Positions 51,613 through 64,000 of a DNA stretch of 64,000 nt are shown piece after piece. Below the pieces are notes generated by a model. It was not told where the DNA came from. It searched no databases and worked only from the letters and a program-made list of their open reading frames with translations. The position numbers and the translations under genes were made by a program. The stretch comes from Camelus dromedarius (Eukaryota), in assembly GCF_036321535.1 (NCBI RefSeq), contig NC_087446.1:62806001-62870000 (forward strand), read 5' to 3'. Every line of letters begins with the position of its first letter. Within the stretch, counting starts at the first letter, position 1.

Positions 51613-54600
51613 TTAAAGGTATCTATGTACATCAAGTAAATACACACTGGGGTTTGTGCGGTTTGGTTTGTCTTCCACACTGGCATGCAATATTTTGGCA
51701 GATGTGAGTGGGCAGGCCAAGTGTCCCTTGTGGTGACCCTGGCTCTCTGAAAGGAATGTGGTGGGGGTGGTGGGGGTGGGTAGGGAGGAGGAGAAGGATG
51801 GAGAGTGAAGCTTCTGGCGAAGGCTTTGTGTGTGTGTTGTTTCTTATTTATGTAAGTGAATTGTATTTCCCTTACATCTTGCTAAAGAGAAGTCTGCTCC
51901 CTCTGTCACCTCTCTCCTCACCTGGCCTACACCTTCCCATTTTCTTATGTTTTAAAAGAATCATTTGGTGGCAAGATTACGTAAAGCCCACTGGATTCTT
52001 GGGTGCCCTGCTGGCCAATACGAGCACAAGTCTGCAGGTGCGCAGCCATCTTCCTTCCTCTCCCCTTGGGTCTGGAGACAGCGTGGCTCAGTCTACCCAA
52101 CCCCTGCCCTCTTCACTGTGAGTTGCGGGCCTGGGGGAGGGGAGCCAGATTGAATGGTTTTCAAACTACTCTAAAGAACCCTCAGGGTCTCTTAGGGCTG
52201 TTCAAGGACTCTTCAACTAGTGAAGCATCTTCCACCAAATAACAAAAATGCAAACTACCCAGGTCTGCATCACTTCTAGTTGTTTTTTATATCAGGGTTC
52301 TATATAAGACTGATTTTGAAAAATGTTTGAATAACACCACCTTGGATTTATTCCACATCCCTCTGGTTTTTTGTTTTGTTTTTTTCTTTTTTGCCCTGCA
52401 TTTCTCCTTAATTGCCAAAAGGGGCCCAACAGGTAAAGGGAGAAGGGACTTTTTCCCTTGAAGGAGTCACGGGCCAACACAGCCTGTATTTACTGGCTGG
52501 CACTCACACTGAGCTTCCTTTCCTGACTTAGAAGCTGGGGGATGGGTTGCCCTGCTGCCCTGTACTTCCATCCCAGATGAGACTGGCTCTCTGGACACCA
52601 GACTTTCTTTCTTGATTTGGACTGGCTTGTGACCTCCACTCTCCATCCCTGCAGTTACCTGGAAAGCCACCTTAGCACCATGTGGTGGGAAAGGACAAGA
52701 AACCAAAACAACAGTCCTATCAATTATATGGGGAGGGGGGAGCCCCCCAGGTTAAGCCCTTGGGCTCCTCCACCTCTGGAAAATCTGCCCTGCCCCTTTC
52801 TTTAAAGTGCACTTAATGCCAGATGGGGACATTATAGAAGGAATTCTTTGTGGAAATAAATTTTTTAAATGTATATCAGGGAAAAGTCAGGCTCCAGCTT
52901 GAAAGGAAGGCATTTCGAGACAGGTATTTGGCCAATGAACTGGAAGCCCTCAAACCAAAAGGTGGAGATGGGAGGAGCATGCAGCCCAATATGGGACAGA
53001 GAAAGGATCCAGCTCGTCACTATGGCAAAAAATACTTGGGAATTTTCCAGCCTGTTTACCCCCCAAAGCCAAAGAAGCAGCTGTTTTGCTGACACTTGGC
53101 TATAAGTATGACCATGGACAGACAAGCTGGGAACGGTCTGCCTCCGTCATTTTTCAAAATATTTTCAGCAGCTCTTGGTTCTGGTCATGAGCTCTCAGGT
53201 AGAGAATATCAAAAGGAGTTTTGAGGAGGAAGGGGAGCGGTCCCTTGAGCAGTCCATGTTCTTGGTTGTCCAGGCGGAACAGGAAGAGGGAGGCTAACGG
53301 CCGACTTGGGAGGGCAGAGGTGCACGCCCGGGATCCCTCCGTTCGGGTGAGGGGTGTCTGAAGAAAACTCTCTGTCTAATTTAGCAGGCCTTCCATGTTA
53401 CCCTCCCCTGTGCTGAATGTGGAAGAGGAGGGAGGAAGAGTCTATTTCTGTGTCTTCTTATGATGCTAAGACATTCTTCTGCTTAAGGCTTCGTGTACGT
53501 GCATGTGTGCGTGTGTACTTGTGTATGGGAAGGGTCACGGCCCTCTGGCTCCCGTTTTCCTTTTATCATCTCCGTGACTAACACCACTCAGTGTGAGAGA
53601 CGCATATATGAGAGGAAGAAGAAACACTGCCCCTCCTCCCTATGGCCCCAAACGAGGAGGGGATACTATGCTTAGAAATTGCTAAATACATCATTAGATA
53701 CTAGAGAGTAAGACAGAGAGAAGAGGGAGACATAGCAGCAGCTTTTGATATATAGATACGGAGTACAAAGAGGTACAGAGTAAGAGAAGACATCAAACAT
53801 GGTACAGTCGAACAACAAGGGTTGGGGAGGGAGTTAGTATCAGAGACCACAGGTTTGCAGCATGCTGAGAGAAGAGGCCTCAGTCCCTCTTAGAAACTGG
53901 AGAAGAAAGAGAAAGAGGTTGTGAGGAGCCACCTTGCAGCCTGGCTACTGAACAGGAACAGGGTGGCTTCTGTAACAACTTTGGTTTACAGTCCTGTTCC
54001 TTTGATACCAGCAACCAGACGCCACCCTCCCAGCCCCTGCTCCTCCACCCCCCATCCTCCCTAACTCTTCCTTCCCCATTCCTCCTGCTTGCTTCTCAAG
54101 CCTTTCTGCCTGTGTGTGCCTGGCCTAGTTTTCTGGAAAACCCCTGGAGAGGGCTCGGCTTGGATGCAGCCCAGTAGGAGACTGGACAATATTCTCTTGT
54201 TTCTCATTCTCCAAGGATCCAAAGTGGACAGTAAAAGAGGATCCCAGTGCCTAGTTGTGGGCCCTGAACCAACCCTGGTGAGAAGCCTGGTGACACGTGA
54301 GAACCAGGAAGGTGCCTGTGTTGCTAGGAACGCAGAGGGCACAGGGGAGAGGACCTGGGACAGAGGTGGAGAAGCGGGTGGTGCTTGGAGGTGGGGACAC
54401 GGCTGTTTTCCACCTCCACTGGCAAGATGGGAGGGGTGCTGACACTGCAGCTAGAGGGACAAAAGTGAGACCTCCTGGGGCATTTCTTAAGGCTTACTGG
54501 TGACATATACAGATATGAGGAGTATAGGACACAGGTGTAGAAGTAAATCAAACGTCTCCTTTTCTGGAGATGTTTTAGTTCAGAAAATGCCTATCCATAC

Positions 54601-55014
54601 AAAAAGTATTTTAGGATGGAGGCAGAGGGAGGGTTGAGAAGATTTCCCAAGGTCTTCTAATATCTAAAAGTCTGTGACCTGTGTGGGGGGCTAGAGATGG
54701 ACACTGCCCTTGCTCACTTCTTTTGACATGTTTCAGTGACCCCTAGTGGCAGAAAGTGGTACTGTGGTTACTACTAGGGCCGAGCACAAGGGGGGAGGGG
54801 AGGCCAGTGTCCAGGACGTGGGGCAGTTTTGATGAAGCCCCTGAGGGCAAAGCAGGAGTTAAGGGACAACTATAGAGTAAAAGTTTTGAGATGATTTTTA
54901 AAAAGCGGGAGAAACAAAGAAGCTGAGGGCAAGAAAGGAGGCCACCTGAGGGCAGTCAGAGGAAGTGGCCTGACACTACCTGAAAGTGCGGGTATCAGCA
55001 GTCCCCGTGGGGGA

Positions 55015-64000
<8,986 letters not shown>

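Overview
Mammalian (non-primate, non-rodent; probably laurasiatherian) genomic DNA. It is syntenic with the human 12q13.3 block B4GALNT1-SLC26A10-ARHGEF25-DTX3-PIP4K2C-KIF5A, shown in reverse orientation. I traced splice sites and reading frames by hand. B4GALNT1 (+, 533 aa), SLC26A10 (-, 686 aa), ARHGEF25 (-, 580 and 619 aa isoforms) and PIP4K2C (-, 420 aa) are complete and in frame. DTX3 (-) is complete except for one exon largely hidden by Ns. KIF5A (-) is represented by its 3' part, exons 13-29 in human numbering. The first 9 kb is nested repeats: old L1M relics, a younger 5'-inverted L1 with a TSD, a solo ERV LTR and a Tigger MITE. I see no wholly new gene system. The best leads are: (1) an intact ORF for the orphan transporter SLC26A10, a pseudogene in human, which lacks the family's anion-binding arginine as the channel-like SLC26A9 does; (2) a candidate alternative B4GALNT1 exon adding an Arg-rich cytoplasmic tail; (3) tandem DTX3 acceptors that create a split start codon; (4) the KIF5A 28-nt micro-exon, whose skipped frame stays open; (5) CLEAR/M-box elements at the PIP4K2C and DTX3 starts; (6) a twin-primed L1 with a possible 3' transduction. 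Comparisons with human or mouse sequences are from memory and need alignment to confirm. Most ORFs in the supplied track are antisense or GC-rich shadows.
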